A DNA stretch of 64,000 bases from Curvularia clavata (Eukaryota): NCBI GenBank assembly GCA_023920165.1, contig CP089278.1:2604001-2668000 (forward strand), read 5' to 3'. Of this stretch, positions 1 through 12,496 are shown one piece after another. Position numbers and translations under genes: made by a program. The stretch's first letter is position 1. Each line of letters opens with the position of its first letter. The notes beneath the pieces were generated by a model. It was given only the letters and a program-made list of their open reading frames with translations, ran no database searches and was not told the DNA's origin.

Positions 1-1258
1 TTGGACATGGAATCGCACGAGGAGCGTATTCAGGAAATCATCGCACGGAACAAGGAGCTCGAGGCTTCAGAAGAACGCAAGCGCCGAGCCAAGCAGCTCG
101 AGATGCAGCGCAAGGAGATGTCGAGGTCACAGCGAGCAGGTGGAGGTATGGGAGGCGGTATGGGCGGTGGCATGGGAGGTGGTATGGGTGGACGCTCGCC
201 ATCGTATCCCGCTTTCACGCCCAGCGTGCCAACGACCAACGTCGCCGACACATACGACTCGTACGAAGCTGAGAAGAAGAAGGCCTCGAGCAAGCCATTG
301 GCTCTCGGCAAGAAGGGCATGCAGCTGGGCAAGAAGAACAAGACTAGCAACATGTACGAGCAGGTGACTGGTGAGATGGCGCCAGCTGAAGAAGAGCCGC
401 TCGTTGCACCCAAGCCAAGTGCAGCTGCCGCAACCCCAGCAAGTGCACGCCAGTCTACCTCGACCGACCGCGAACCCGTCCACATTACCACCAACGAGAC
501 CATCTCAGCCCGGCTCGACCGCGAGGGTCTTCTCAAGTCGTTTGAAGTCAAGGGCGAGATGCAACTCAAAATTACCGATCCCTCCTTCACACAAGTCAAG
601 CTGGATCTGGCTACGGGAGACACTCGCGGTGCTCAACTCATGACACATCCCAAGGTCGACAAGACTGTCTTCAAGAACAGCAAGGTCATCCAACTTGCCG
701 ATACAAGCAAGGGCTTCCCCTCGAACATGGGTATCGGCGTTATGAAGTGGAAGCTGGCGCCCCGGCCAGACGACATTTCGGACCCACCCATCACATTCCG
801 TGTTTGGGTCGAGGACTCTGGTAACATGTACAACATCACGGTCGAGTACGAGCTTACTGGCGGCGATTCGCTCAAAGATGTCACCGTCACCATCCCGTAC
901 CAGACAGACGAGCCGAACGTGTCTTCTTTCGACGCCACATACGAAGTCAGCGGCGACAGCATCGAGTGGAACATTGGCGCCGTCGACGAAGCAAACAGCT
1001 CCGGTAGCTTTGAGTTTGAGGCTCAGGCTGGTAGTGACTCGGAATTCTTCCCCATGAATATTCGCTTCAGCAAGACTACGCCTTTTGTTGATGTAGATGT
1101 AAGTTTACCACTCTTGTCTTACAGGGCAAACTGTGTAAGATGAGAATAAACGCTAACCAATATCACAGGTCTCGTCTGTAACTTTGCTCTCCATGGGCCA
1201 GGATATTAGCTTTTCCAAGGACATAAAGTCCGTTGCCGAAAACTACTCGATCTCATAG
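1..1258 (+). CDS. RET2: Coatomer subunit delta (delta-COP), 5'-truncated by the window edge; intron 1099-1168
   Basis: ORF 1-1143 reads 'MESHEERIQEIIARNKELEASEERKRRAKQLEMQR' followed by a mu-homology domain. GTAAGT at 1099, CTAAC branch, CAG at 1166-1168; last exon VSSVTLLSMGQDISFSKDIKSVAENYSIS, TAG 1256-1258. Confidence 0.95.
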
Positions 1259-2056
1259 GCGATACTTTAGTCGTATTAAAGCAATTGGGCGGGGTCTAGT
1301 AGTAGAATAGGGACGCAGCGTTTGGTGGTCCATTCTCTCTCGAGACTTAAGTTCACAGCACAGCATACTGTAGTTGCTATAGGGCACACAATTTATTAAC
1401 ATACATCCCTTCTTGCAACTCAGAAGACAGATTTATTTCTCTGCGCAAATTCACGTCATTTTCAGTTTTACATGTCTATCTGGATCCCCCACTGCGTCAT
1501 CCCGCTTGCTAAGAATCGCAAAAAAGCCATCCTCTCCCACAACAGAGGTGCAAGTACATCAAGTCTCTCGTTTACACAAATAGTCCTTTGAATTCGGGAA
1601 CGACAGAACATCGCTTCCAGTACATACTTTCCCCTAACAACGAACACATGTACGCACATAATATCAAGTCATTTACTCAAACACACAGCCAAGGCACACG
1701 AAATTCACATTGCCTTAAACTACCGCAGCCCCAATATGCACTATAATAAAAGCATGATATATACTCTTCGTTTCTGAAAATACGCACAAGAAAGAGGGGG
1801 GCCGCTGCTACAAACCCAGCGCTTATCCCGAACCTCAAGAACATAGATGTAAGATATGTTGACAAAAAGCGCAGAGGTATCTCAATATCGCAAATACGCA
1901 AAGACTGCGAAAGACGAAAAACAGGAATCTAAGCGGCCGTTAAGATAGGAAGAGTGAGAGAGGGCGTTGGATAGATAGCCAAATGTAGAGAGAAGCATAG
2001 CAGAAACGCGTGGGTCCCAATCATAAGGGTACATGTACAAGTCGACATGTTTAGGG

Positions 2057-4216
2057 TCACACCACCGCATCACCCAAGAAGGCAAAATCCTCCATCAGCG
2101 CGTCCAACCGACTCATAGCCGTCTCGCGATGCAAGCTGACGCTTCGCTGGTGCAGGATGCGCTCAGCATGTGCAGCGCTATCAGCGCCGCTAAGTGAGTG
2201 TTTGCCCGTTGTTTCAACGTCGGTGGTCGGGAGGCTATATTGGAAGCCTAGGCCGAAGCAAGCGGCCTGGCGGCGCGAGGAGCGGCGTGGGGCGGTGTCT
2301 GAGAAAAGGGTTTCTGAGGGAGGCGGCGACGACGGAGTGGTGGAGAAGAGGTCGGAGCCGAAGGTCGAGATGCGGAGTTCGTCGAGTTGAGGGGGTGTAG
2401 AGAGACGGTAGGGGGAGTCGTGGTCTTCGGCTTCCTCTTCATCGTCCGAGTCGTCGGGGGTGGTGTGCTGGATTTCAGGGACAAGTTGCGATGTGCGGTT
2501 GGAGGTGGAGGTGGAGGCGGGCTCGGTGTAGGAGTAGCGGATTAAGAGGCCCTGGGATGTGTCGATGTCGCTGTCATTGCTGGTGAGGGAGCTGAGGGTT
2601 GGAGAGAAGACAATCTCGTCGTCGTGAATTTCTGAAATAGGGGAGCTGAGTGCGATGGAGTCATTACTCCAGGTGGAGAAGTGGCTGCGTGCTTTTTGTT
2701 GGAATTGTGTGCTGAAGTTATCCAGGCGTTCATCATCATCTGGCTCTTCGAACTCGTCTTCTGATTCTTCGGCTGTCTGTTCGTTGGTTTCTGTACGGCT
2801 GCCGGCGTACAAGGGAGCGGGTATTAGGTAGCGGGGGAGTGCAGGAAGCTCTTTGTCAAGCAGGGACTTCCTGAATGTTGTGTTGCCACGGTTGCCGTGG
2901 CTGGAAGTAGGGCGCTCATCGGAAGCTGGCCCTCCGAGATAGCTGGAGGGTCGCGACAAGACTGGGGCAGAAGGGGTATCATCTTCCACCACACGGTCAT
3001 CTTCTTGAGTTATTTGTTGAAACTTGGGCGAGGTAAGCCATGGGTCATTGGAGAAAAGATAGTGCCGTGTGCGCCGTGTGTCTGCGGAGTTGGCACGGAT
3101 TCTGGATTGCTCGACCTGGAACTCGCTGGTGACAACTGTTGAGGGCACATGGGATCGTCGCCGAGTGGGACGTTCTTCAATCACTGGTAACTCTGCAGGC
3201 CCGAAAACCGAGTCGAGGTCAGGGTCTACAGGGTGTGATGCCAATGGAGAGAACTTCCTCCTCAGAGAAGGCAGTGAGCGTTGAGGGGTATCTTCTGCTG
3301 GTGTCTCTCGTATGGATTCAAAGGATGGTCGATATACAGATAAAGGAATGAGGTTGAGTTCTTCCCCACCGCTAACGAGCACAGGTGAGCTGATTTCCAA
3401 CTCTTTGGTTTTTGAACCACTGCGATTTCTCGAGGTAGCTCGTTTCGAGGCCAGCTTATCTTTCAAGGCCTTAAAATCCGCAAAGAGGGGAGTAGAAGGG
3501 ATGCATGGCGATGCTGATGCGCTTCGAGCATGACGCACAACATGCGGGGACAGGAAACAATCCGTCGGTGAATGCGTTGCCGAGCGTGGAGTCCAAGGCG
3601 AAGGCAGAGGAATCGTCTGTGATTCTCCCGCTACGCCCTTTCGAGAAGCCGGATGCGATCTCGGAGGGGCAGGTGGAACTGGAGTGAGATACCTGTCGTT
3701 TGGATTACGCGTAAAAGCGTAAGGGGTTTCAGAGTGGCTCCGACTATGCCCCTCGTGGGGAACCTCTAGGACATTGAGACGCTGGCCCGGTAGAAGAGGA
3801 CAAAAGGTTGTCGACTCTTCGGTGGGATTGTGTTGTTCTTCGTCGCCGTCAACCTTGTACTATATTTCTGTCAGTTGGTGAAGCTTCTGGCAAAAGCAGC
3901 CAACATACGTAGTACCAATATGTGCCGCCCATCTTGAGTGGACCGTCCCGTTTAGGTGTCTGCTGGCTCAAGTCTCCGTCGCAAATGATGTCAGAAAAGG
4001 TAAAGCAGCCTTTCCATATGTTGCGGCCCCCGCGTGAGTCGAGCTCTAATGGATAGGGGCGTGTAAAGTTATCCCAGGATCCGAGTAAGACGATGCTGCG
4101 TAGTGCTGCAGGGCAGTGGCTTGGGTACGAGAGTAAGTGACGGCACTGAAGAGAGAGGCACAGAGAGGGTAGACATACAAGAGAAAGGTGTGGAGTGTGG
4201 TGTTGTCCATGACCAT
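2057..4216 (-). CDS. ~683-aa protein with an N-terminal AMPK-beta/CBM48-like (E-set) glycogen-binding-type domain and a long Ser/Pro/acidic disordered tail; introns 4120-4178 and 3860-3908
   Basis: The track ORF (2057-3538) starts at GTG, but the frame stays open to 3859. Two GTATGT introns join it to ATG 4216, giving MVMDNTTLHTFLF-HCPAALRSIVLLGSWDNFTRPYPLE...GPLKMGGTYWYY-YKVDGDEEQHNP...CPLLPGQRLNVLEVP. The GSWDNF...YxYxVDG pattern matches the AMPK-CBM-like fold. Confidence 0.8.
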
Positions 4217-6151
4217 GATTCCGGATAAATCTAGGCTGATAACGGTAAGGCCTGTTGAATTTGAAGCGCGTATGCGTCTAAGCCCTGGCTAGGTCTGAGG
4301 TGTTGCATGGACCCAAGGGTATCAAATATAGAAGTCCATGCAGAGATATGTGTTGTATGTTTGAGCCTCCTCGCTCTGTGTGGCCGCGTCAGAGAAAGGT
4401 CCAGGAAACGGAGCCAAACAATCTACTGATTGGTGGACGGAAGCAGGCGTTTAGAAGAATGCTGAAACCGAGCCTTGGTGCCTGGTATGTGGGATTACGG
4501 CGAGGCTGACTGGGGATCACACCGACTGGGGAATCACAGCAAGAGGGAAAATACCCGAAGTAAACAAAGGCTAGGTGTTTTATGCAGGCTAGTGACGACG
4601 GACAGGACGAGTTGGAGGGTGGAGCCTGAGGCTCAGTTGGCGGACTCAAGATTGGCGGGTTTGGCGCCTGTGGATGATGTTGACATATAGGTGCTGAGAA
4701 GATGCAGCGTCAGCGCTTAGTACCGACGTCCAAATCGCTGAACCATGTGGCTACGTGAAACACTGTATGCGAAACGAAGCCAGGGGGGGGCCGACTGAAT
4801 ACTGAGTAAGGACGGAATGATGAGGAAACAGACAAGCAGCCGGATTGCAAGGCGGAGAGGTACTATAGTAGTTTGTGCTAGGCGGCAGAGGGGGAAGGCA
4901 ACCATGTGGATGACAGCCAGCCACTGGCGCCGTCTCGCTATGCGCAGGAAAAGAGCAATGAGAAGCGAGCGAGGGCTTTTGTCGAAGCAATTGAAGAGCC
5001 GGGCTCAAAACACGCCTAATCTGAGGCGCATAATCGGCCTTATGTCGTCGTGCGATTTCGTTGGCCGGCGGGCGTCCACCAGAGAGGAGACTTCAGCTCC
5101 TTCATTTCCTCAGCCGTGCTGTCCATGACGGCAGGGCCGTGGTCCTCGGACGCAAACTTGGGGACCGGGCGAGCTAGTGGTGATGTGCTAATGGCACCAT
5201 CGAGGAGCCGGTCACGCAGCAGCAGACGGGCCTTGCGTGTGCGTCGACGAGAACAGGAGAGGGAGTCGTTCGCCGGAGGAGCTGGCAACAGAGGTACAGC
5301 AGACGCCCCTGTCGGTGCTGGCCAACCGCATCCCAGTCCCGACCAGAGGGAGCGCGCGGTTACGCTCGCCCGCCCCTGACCTGATCGTCGCCCAGTGACG
5401 AAGCGACCCACTCACAGCAGCAGACAGTTCCACGAGGCCCAGGTTCCTGGTCTGTCCCTGTCGTTGCTGAGGCCACGGCACGTCTGTCAATCTCGTGGGG
5501 TTGCTTTCTTTTTGGGCAGGCCTCTGCAGCAAAAGGTGGTTGAAGAGGCCATGACGGGACTGACAGCTCGCGCCATGCCCGCTACGGCCACAGCGTCGCA
5601 ATAGCCTACCGACCGACAGCGTACAAGAGCAAGCGCTCGCTGCGGCACAGGTCTCACTGCTGAGCTCGACATTGCCAGTCAACACCATCCATCACCACGG
5701 GCGACGAGGCGGCTGCATTGCATTGCATTGCATGGCGGCTGCCGTGGGGGCCGACGAGCCCCAGGCCGTCCTGCTACGTTGCCATGACGGCCACGACAAC
5801 CACGACTGCCGGCTGATAACCCAACCCTGTTTTGTTTTTATGCCGCAGATACCAACGGCTGTCTGCTGTCAACGGGCGCGCGGTTGTCGTGACGGTGTCT
5901 TTCTTTTTGCCGTGGATTGGTTTGGGACACGGTACGCATCACACACTGCTGCTGCTGCCTCAGGTCGTTGATCCATGGGCCTATGCCAGGTCCATGCAGG
6001 GTCACGCTTCAGGCCAGAAAAGCAAAGTCGTTCCACAGCACAGTGTCACTCGGCAATATAGATGATATTGGTTGCACATGGTTTCATGGCCTGGTCCACT
6101 GACTAGCCTACGCTTGTTGTATTTCCGACAATTGTCCGTGGGTAACGGCTT

Positions 6152-7693
6152 TTACTGAAAACTAGTCGCAAGCAACGCTGGCTTGCGCGCCTCAAGATCC
6201 AAAATCATCTGGCCAAAGAGCCCGTTCGCCCACGAAAACCACTGACGAGTCCAGTCGCTCGAGTTGAATGAATTGATGCTCTCATGGATCAACCCCAACC
6301 CATCCGTGCTGCTGACAATTTCCCCCAACTGCTTCACAATCTCGTCGTCGTCATCGCTGGTGAGGATACGAACAATCGACGCCATTGGCCATGCCATGCC
6401 CAGCCCTTGATGAGGTCCACCAACAGCGCTGATGACGGGCCCCCTCATGTAGTACGGGTTTGTCGCACTTAGAACCAGTTTTCGTGTGTTGGCATACGTC
6501 TCTTCGTTGACTGGATACTTGAAGAAGGGCGCCGACAGGAGGCCTGGGATATTGGCATCATCCATGATAATCTGCCCGCCAAAGCCGTCAATCTCAAATG
6601 GATAAATCTTGCCATAGGTTGGGTGCTGAACCGTTCCATGTGTCTCAATGCCATTTCGTAGCGATTCCGACAACGCAGACATTCTCTGTGCCAACGCTTT
6701 GGAATTGGTGGCATTTAACTTTCCCATAATCTCAGCAGCCGGAGCCAAGTACGAGCTAAACATCATATTGGCTGGAATGTAGAGCTGAAAAATAGTCGAG
6801 TCGTCGCTGGGCCTGAAACCGCTTCGAATCAACCCGGTACCATTGGCGACTGGGTTACCAAAGCCGTCGTTCGAAAACGTCTCCGTAGCACGTGTCGTCA
6901 TGCGTGTAAATGTGTATGGACTCTTCAAGACAGCTCCGTCCGCACCATAGGTAGGTAGCATCATATCGTCGGCTACATCCAGCACAGCCTGGATGGCCTG
7001 GATCCACTTGAACTTTCCGAAGAATTCGGCATCTCCTGTTGCATTGTAGTAATCGGCAGATATCTGCAAGAAGGCGGCGAGCGAGTCGAGCTCATACTTG
7101 CATTCGAACACACTGCTGTTGTCGTAAGGAGGGTAGACCGTATCCTGACTCGCGGCATCGTTTTTGGCTGGAGGAATGCCACTTTCCGTAGGTGCTTGGA
7201 ACGAGTTGCAGTATGGAGCCGTGAGCAGATAGCGTGCCTGCAAGTTGATAACTCCACGATACAGACTTGCAATCGAATTCGCTTCGCTGCTCGCATTCAG
7301 AAGTGGCAGATAGCTCTGCATCTGGTTTGACGAGTCTCGCAACCACATCGCGTTAATGTCTCCAGTGATGACAAACGTCAATTCCTCCTCGGCATTATCA
7401 GCAGCATATCCCTTCCATTTTATGGCAGTGTCGAGTGTATTGGGATATGCGTTCTGGAAGAGACGGTATAGGTCTGGATCCTTGATCACGTCCTTCATAC
7501 GGGTAACGACATCCTCAAGGCCTGAAGACTTAAAGGTCCGGCATTCTTCTGACGGCCGCTGGTAGGCAAGGCGGTACTTGCCTGAACTCAGTGGCTCATG
7601 TACCTGTGTCGCGTAGTCAATGTATTCTGGACATTGCGCCGAGACCAGCAAAGGCACATTGGAAAGCGCGCCGAGAACCGCAAGATTGCGCAT
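6152..7693 (-). CDS. Secreted glycoside hydrolase family 125 (exo-alpha-1,6-mannosidase-like, DUF1237/Mug157 type)
   Basis: Single exon. Motifs FVITGDINAMWLRDS, FECKYELDSLA, SGFRPSDD, MDDANIP, HES, WFSWAN. Signal peptide from ATG 7693 (MRNLAVLGALSNVPLLVSAQ). Confidence 0.92.
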   Translation of the reverse strand: MRNLAVLGALSNVPLLVSAQCPEYIDYATQVHEPLSSGKYRLAYQRPSEECRTFKSSGLEDVVTRMKDVIKDPDLYRLFQNAYPNTLDTAIKWKGYAADNAEEELTFVITGDINAMWLRDSSNQMQSYLPLLNASSEANSIASLYRGVINLQARYLLTAPYCNSFQAPTESGIPPAKNDAASQDTVYPPYDNSSVFECKYELDSLAAFLQISADYYNATGDAEFFGKFKWIQAIQAVLDVADDMMLPTYGADGAVLKSPYTFTRMTTRATETFSNDGFGNPVANGTGLIRSGFRPSDDSTIFQLYIPANMMFSSYLAPAAEIMGKLNATNSKALAQRMSALSESLRNGIETHGTVQHPTYGKIYPFEIDGFGGQIIMDDANIPGLLSAPFFKYPVNEETYANTRKLVLSATNPYYMRGPVISAVGGPHQGLGMAWPMASIVRILTSDDDDEIVKQLGEIVSSTDGLGLIHESINSFNSSDWTRQWFSWANGLFGQMILDLEARKPALLATSFQ

Positions 7694-8499
7694 GTTTCGG
7701 GTGGGCAGCAAGACGGACTTGCAATATCAAGAGAATAAGATGTCGAACGAAAGCGCAGCCAGCAGCGAACAGGACCTGGAGGCCATATTATGCTGACGCA
7801 CAAGTACAAAGTTGGTCATGCCGATATTCTGCCCTGGCTTTCTCGCCGAAATGCATTCCGAGCTGCCCAGTTCCCCGCTCATAGAATCGAATGTTGATAT
7901 TGCGTGTGGGTAAGATCGCGGATGTAACCTTCACCGAAACTATTCAACGAACCCATGTGCCTGGGGCATACCGACGTCATTCCGCTTATGACCCCGATGA
8001 TAGTGTCACCCGATGCTAGAGGCGATACAAAAGCAGAAGGTCCAAGACTACTGGTGTCGAGCAACAGCGCATATAGTTGGTCAACTGACCGGATGCGGGG
8101 AAATATTGGAGGTTCTTTTGGTTGTCATAGCTGGGGTAGGTAACCATCAAGTGGGACGATCGGCGGGGGTGATGGACACGCCGCTCACTTGCATAGAGCA
8201 AGAAAGCGCGTCAAAAAAGTGTATGACGGCATCAGAAGTGGATCTTGATCAAGTGAAGAAGTCATGATATTGTGCAAACAAGATTCGTTGTATTCTCAGT
8301 GATGCCACCCATAGCTCTGATAACAGATGTTGAGTAGCTGGGGAAGGAGGTTTGCATGCATGTCGGCAACTTGGCAGTGGGACCGAAAAGGGTTAGGGCA
8401 GGGGAAAGTCTGGGCAGCCTCCATGGCACGTTCCTTTTCATCAAAAGTACTGTGGGACAGCTAAACCTCACTCCTAATACTGCCATCGTCGGCTCCCCA

Positions 8500-10090
8500 A
8501 TGGCAACGCGGAGACCACATCCAAAGTCCAAGCTGGGATGCACAGAGTGCAAGCAGAGACGAGTCAAGGTATGTTAATTATACTCTACCGTGGCCAACTC
8601 CGGCCACAGTCTCCAAAAGGCACAGGATCCCCATGTCAAGGGCCTTTGTGGAGCCTTGCGGGACCGTACTACATACAAGAAGAAAATTTGAACTGCATGT
8701 CCAAATCGGGTCCGGAGTGGTCAATTCCAGTGCAACGTTTCGGTACAAAGGTTGACCCGAGTAGTGTGATGAAGGCCGGCCCGGTTGTGAAAACTGCCGA
8801 AAACGTGGTGCACCATGTAGTTTTCGCATGTTTGATCCAGTACCTGGGTCCTCTCCTCGCGCAATAAGCAAAACGGGAAAGATTTGTCCTAGAGTACATG
8901 TCTTCCCACAGAAAGAAGAGGAATCTCCAGCCTCTCTGCCAGCCCAGAACTTGACAGATGTCTGTGTGCGCGATGGTCTGCTGGCGCGCTGTTCGATACC
9001 TGCTCAGTCATTCTACAACGACGTCTTGAGGCATTTCGCTACAGACACAATACCTTCATACTCTGCCGGAGCTGCGTGTCAAGCTGCTTGGCGCAATGCA
9101 CTCCCAGATCTCGCAGCCAAATACAGCTTTGTCACGCGTGGTATGCTGGCATTAGGTTTGCTCCATATCTCCCATCTCGCAACTACTACAGAGGAAACGC
9201 GAGAATCGTATCAGAAGAAGGCCGCAACCCAGATGAATGCAGCCATGGATCAATACCGTATTGAGGTTCAGCACGTCTCTACTGAGAATGCAAATGCTCT
9301 TTTTGCCTTCGCTTCCATGCTGTCCCTTTTCGTTCTCTCAACTTCTGCCAGCGAATGTTCTCTCGCTCTGAATGCTTTTAGGGCAGATGCGAACCAATGC
9401 GACCACAGAGCAAAACTCGCTGCGAGTATGGTGCACACCATCTGTAGGATCTTCCGTTCTATACGTGGAGTTCTCGTCATTCTGGTGCCATGCTGGAACC
9501 ATCTGCAAAGCGGGCCCTTACAGCTCGTTGTTTCACGCGACTGGCCAGCGGCCATCCCGGAAACCGAAAACGACATTCGAAACGACGAGAAGCTTTGTCA
9601 GCTGGAGAAGATGTGGTCAAGACCTGATAGAGCCTATGACTACTCTTTCGACACACTCCGCCTTACTTTGAAGAGCCTGCGAGAATCATTTGCGCTCGTG
9701 TCGAGACTTGAACGCCTGGGTTCGACTTTGAAAGAGAAGGGGAATGGTGAATTTGATTGGAATTGTGCGATTCACTGGCCGGTCCAGCTAACACTTGACT
9801 TTCTTCTGCTACTTGAGCAGCAGCGCATGGAGGCGTGGTGCATTGTTGCACACTTTGCCATACTGCCGGCCAAGGCCAGGGACGTTCCTTGGCTTGACGG
9901 TCTAGCCGAGAACATGATCACAACAGCTGCACTTGTCATAGGAGAAGAGCATTGGACTTGGATTGCGTGGCCCGTTGAAGCAGTCGGGCTAGACCTGAAA
10001 ATCCTACAAAACCCAGTCGCCGCTTCCATACCCGCTGCATCCCCACCGCATCGACCATCCCTGGAGGCGGACCGCGCCTGCCCACGTTAA
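8500..10090 (+). CDS. Zn(II)2Cys6 transcription factor (Upc2/Fungal_trans_2-like); intron 8569-8764
   Basis: MATRRPHPKSKLGCTECKQRRVK | CDEGRPGCENCRKRGAPC: the six-Cys cluster is split by a GTATGT...TAG intron and joins in frame to ORF 8828-10090. Confidence 0.9.
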
Positions 10091-10554
10091 AAGTGGCCTC
10101 TTGCCCCGGAATCCGGAAGCATTGTAACCGCCCTGCCAAGACCCTTACTGGGTCGACAGCCTCATCCATGCATTTCAGCAATCCATATCTCGACGTGGTG
10201 AGGCGAGGCGTAGGGCAAAGCCTGCTGGATGGATGCAGGGTCTAATACCGACCAGTGCCATGTCTTGATCATCTAACAACATGTGCGAAGGCACGGGCAA
10301 TCCCTAACATAACCGAAATCCAAGCATTTCTCGATCAAATTCATCATTCGTAAAATATGTTTAGATGTTGGGCTATTTGCCTCTTACGATCGCATAGTGG
10401 ATCGTATCATGCCGCGCCGAACCATTGTTCACTTGCAGCAGTTGACTGCATCAATCTGCAGAGGATAACAATGTCTTTGATCACCCATATGTGGTGTTGC
10501 TGGCACTGCTAGGGTCAGTATGGGGATGGGATTGCGAGGTGTAGTGGGCAAGGC

Positions 10555-10866
10555 TCACCTTGGACTCATGGGTGCATGAGCGTGTTGTTGGGGGTAGTAG
10601 GCTCCCCTTATTCCCAGCTTGGGTAGTTTGGACCAATTGCGCTCTCTCACTTCGCGCATGTATGCGTCTTGCTCTGCGGACCGGTTGAAGCGGGCTGTCG
10701 AGTCCTCGGGCTCATTGCTGTAGAATCGGAAGATGGCGAAGCCGCAACAGACGAGGAGGCCCGATCCGAGAATAACAAGGAAGATGATTAGCGCCGGGGC
10801 GAGCTGGAAGCCCATGTTGTCTCTCTTGTGGAGGAACATGGTGGTGGCTGAAGCGAAGGGTGGCAT
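10555..10866 (-). CDS. Small single-pass membrane protein of unknown function (~103 aa)
   Basis: ATG 10866 (a second ATG follows), one hydrophobic helix (LAPALIIFLVILGSGLLVCCGFAIF), then the amphipathic 'SAEQDAYMREVRERN'. Confidence 0.65.
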   Translation of the reverse strand: MPPFASATTMFLHKRDNMGFQLAPALIIFLVILGSGLLVCCGFAIFRFYSNEPEDSTARFNRSAEQDAYMREVRERNWSKLPKLGIRGAYYPQQHAHAPMSPR

Positions 10867-12357
10867 GACGTCGGTGTGGTGGTGCAAGTGGAGCTCTGTG
10901 TAGCGGGGCACAGCGAACCGCACAGTGGTCGATGGTTGGGATTGAGAAGGATGAGGGTGAAGTCGCGAACTTGAGCAGACGAGCGAAGGAAAGAAAGCGT
11001 GTTTGAATACGAGCGCGGTGGCGGATGTTCCGGAAGATGCTGGAGGGCCCGAATGGACGAATCCGAGCGAGCGAATGGCGTGGTGTGGTGCTGACGACTC
11101 CCAACACGATGATGTGATGCGACCAGCGTCACACAAGGCTACAGGCAGACAAAAGGCAGACGGCGCAAAAGAAAGTTTGGTTTACAGGGCAAGCGATTTT
11201 AGAGCCGTGGCCTAACTATATACCACTGCTTTCTGCACTGACAGGTCCATCAGCCTGCTTCCCCTCGTGTCGACGGGTGGAAACCACAGCCGTCCGCTCG
11301 TGGCAAACAGCTGCCCGTCGTCTGAGTATGCGTCGGCCGTGAATTCTTGGGCATTCTGGACCAGCGCCCACCACGTCTTCATCGACCCAATCGGGCGCGC
11401 GCGCACGCCTTCCCATTGGCTGCAAGCCGGTTTCGTCTTACGCTACCCCTCCCTGTCGACGTCTGTCTGCATCGCCTCGAAGCTGTTGGCGTCCCAAGAA
11501 CGCGTAAGTCCTATCCCGTATCTTGTCCTGCCCATGTTTGTCTTTGTCTACATGGCTACAGCACGTGTAGCACCGACCATCGCAGTCAGCCGAGGGTCAT
11601 CCATCGTGGCCGAGTCTGCCTTAGCTTAGGGATCCCGCATCACTCCGGTCCCAAGTCTTGCAGCCCTATTTGCTCATGCCTCGGCCCTGACTTCTCCCTT
11701 TTCTTTTTCTTTGTCTGCCTGTAGCCCGTCCATGCTGCTTGCTCTTGGTACTATGAGTTTGTCATTTGTCGGCTTCAGCGGATCTCTTGGTTTCCGCCCT
11801 GGCAATGACGCGTCATTCGCACCACATTTTTCACACTTCCCGAGCTTCAAAAATAGTTCCCCACAACTCTTCGCCTGTTCCTGAATCCCCTTGTCAACCT
11901 TGCACACTAGGCCATCGGGCCATTCTTCCACTCCAGTGCCTTAGATGACGATGCGACATGGAATGACGCAAAGCCGTTGACGCTGCGGGTGCGGCTGCGT
12001 GTCGTTTGTTCATTTCGGACAGTCACTGTCGCATCTTTGCTGTCTTGCGCTTCATCCGCCGCGGCTTGACTTCTGTGGCTTTCCGTCATTGTTCTTTGTT
12101 TTTCCTCAATGTGGAAATATCAAGTAGGCGCACTTGAAAGGTCGCGGCGCGACGTCAATATACATGATTAGAGTATGCACGACATCTGTTGAGGTCAAGT
12201 GTTAATGATGGAGACATACTAATCGACTGGGCAATATGTAGTCCGTACTGTATGGTGTCGATGGGCGCGGTCCTTCTACACATCGTAAGGCCCGGATTAA
12301 CAGCCTTCCGCTAGTCCCCTCTTGTCATATCGCCAGTGTAGAGCCACCGGTAAGATA

Positions 12358-12464
12358 TCCGTGCCAAGGCGTAGCTTATGACTAAGCTACGTCAGCTGCG
12401 CTGACACTCGCCGCAGGCGAGTGCCGACCCTCAATACGATATTACCTTCAATACGATATTTTTT
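12358..12464. repeat. Left terminal inverted repeat (107 bp): three abutting hairpins plus two 13-bp direct repeats
   Basis: Exact reverse complement of 14247-14353. CGTAGCTTA-tgac-TAAGCTACG, GTCAGC-tgc-GCTGAC, CACTCGCC-gca-GGCGAGTG; TCAATACGATATT at 12431 and 12448. Confidence 0.97.
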
Positions 12465-12496
12465 CAACTACCTTTGATAAACTATCAAATTGCTAC

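Noticed and set aside
139..192. GGGM x4-5 repeat (12-bp period) in delta-COP
   Set aside because: Ordinary low-complexity coding linker with synonymous variation; not an independent element.
4300..6100. Many overlapping 60-160-aa ORFs on both strands
   Set aside because: No recognisable domain or consistent splice pattern; best read as the long GC-rich upstream region of the 2057-4216 gene.
11674..12089. Two overlapping minus-strand ORFs left of the transposon that could be a frameshifted gene remnant
   Set aside because: No family recognised, and no continuation found across the insertion site, so a disrupted gene cannot be supported.
12368..12425. TIR cloverleaf read as a tRNA or tRNA-derived SINE
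   Set aside because: Loops are 3-4 nt; no 7-nt anticodon loop, TTC T-loop/B-box or 7-bp acceptor stem.
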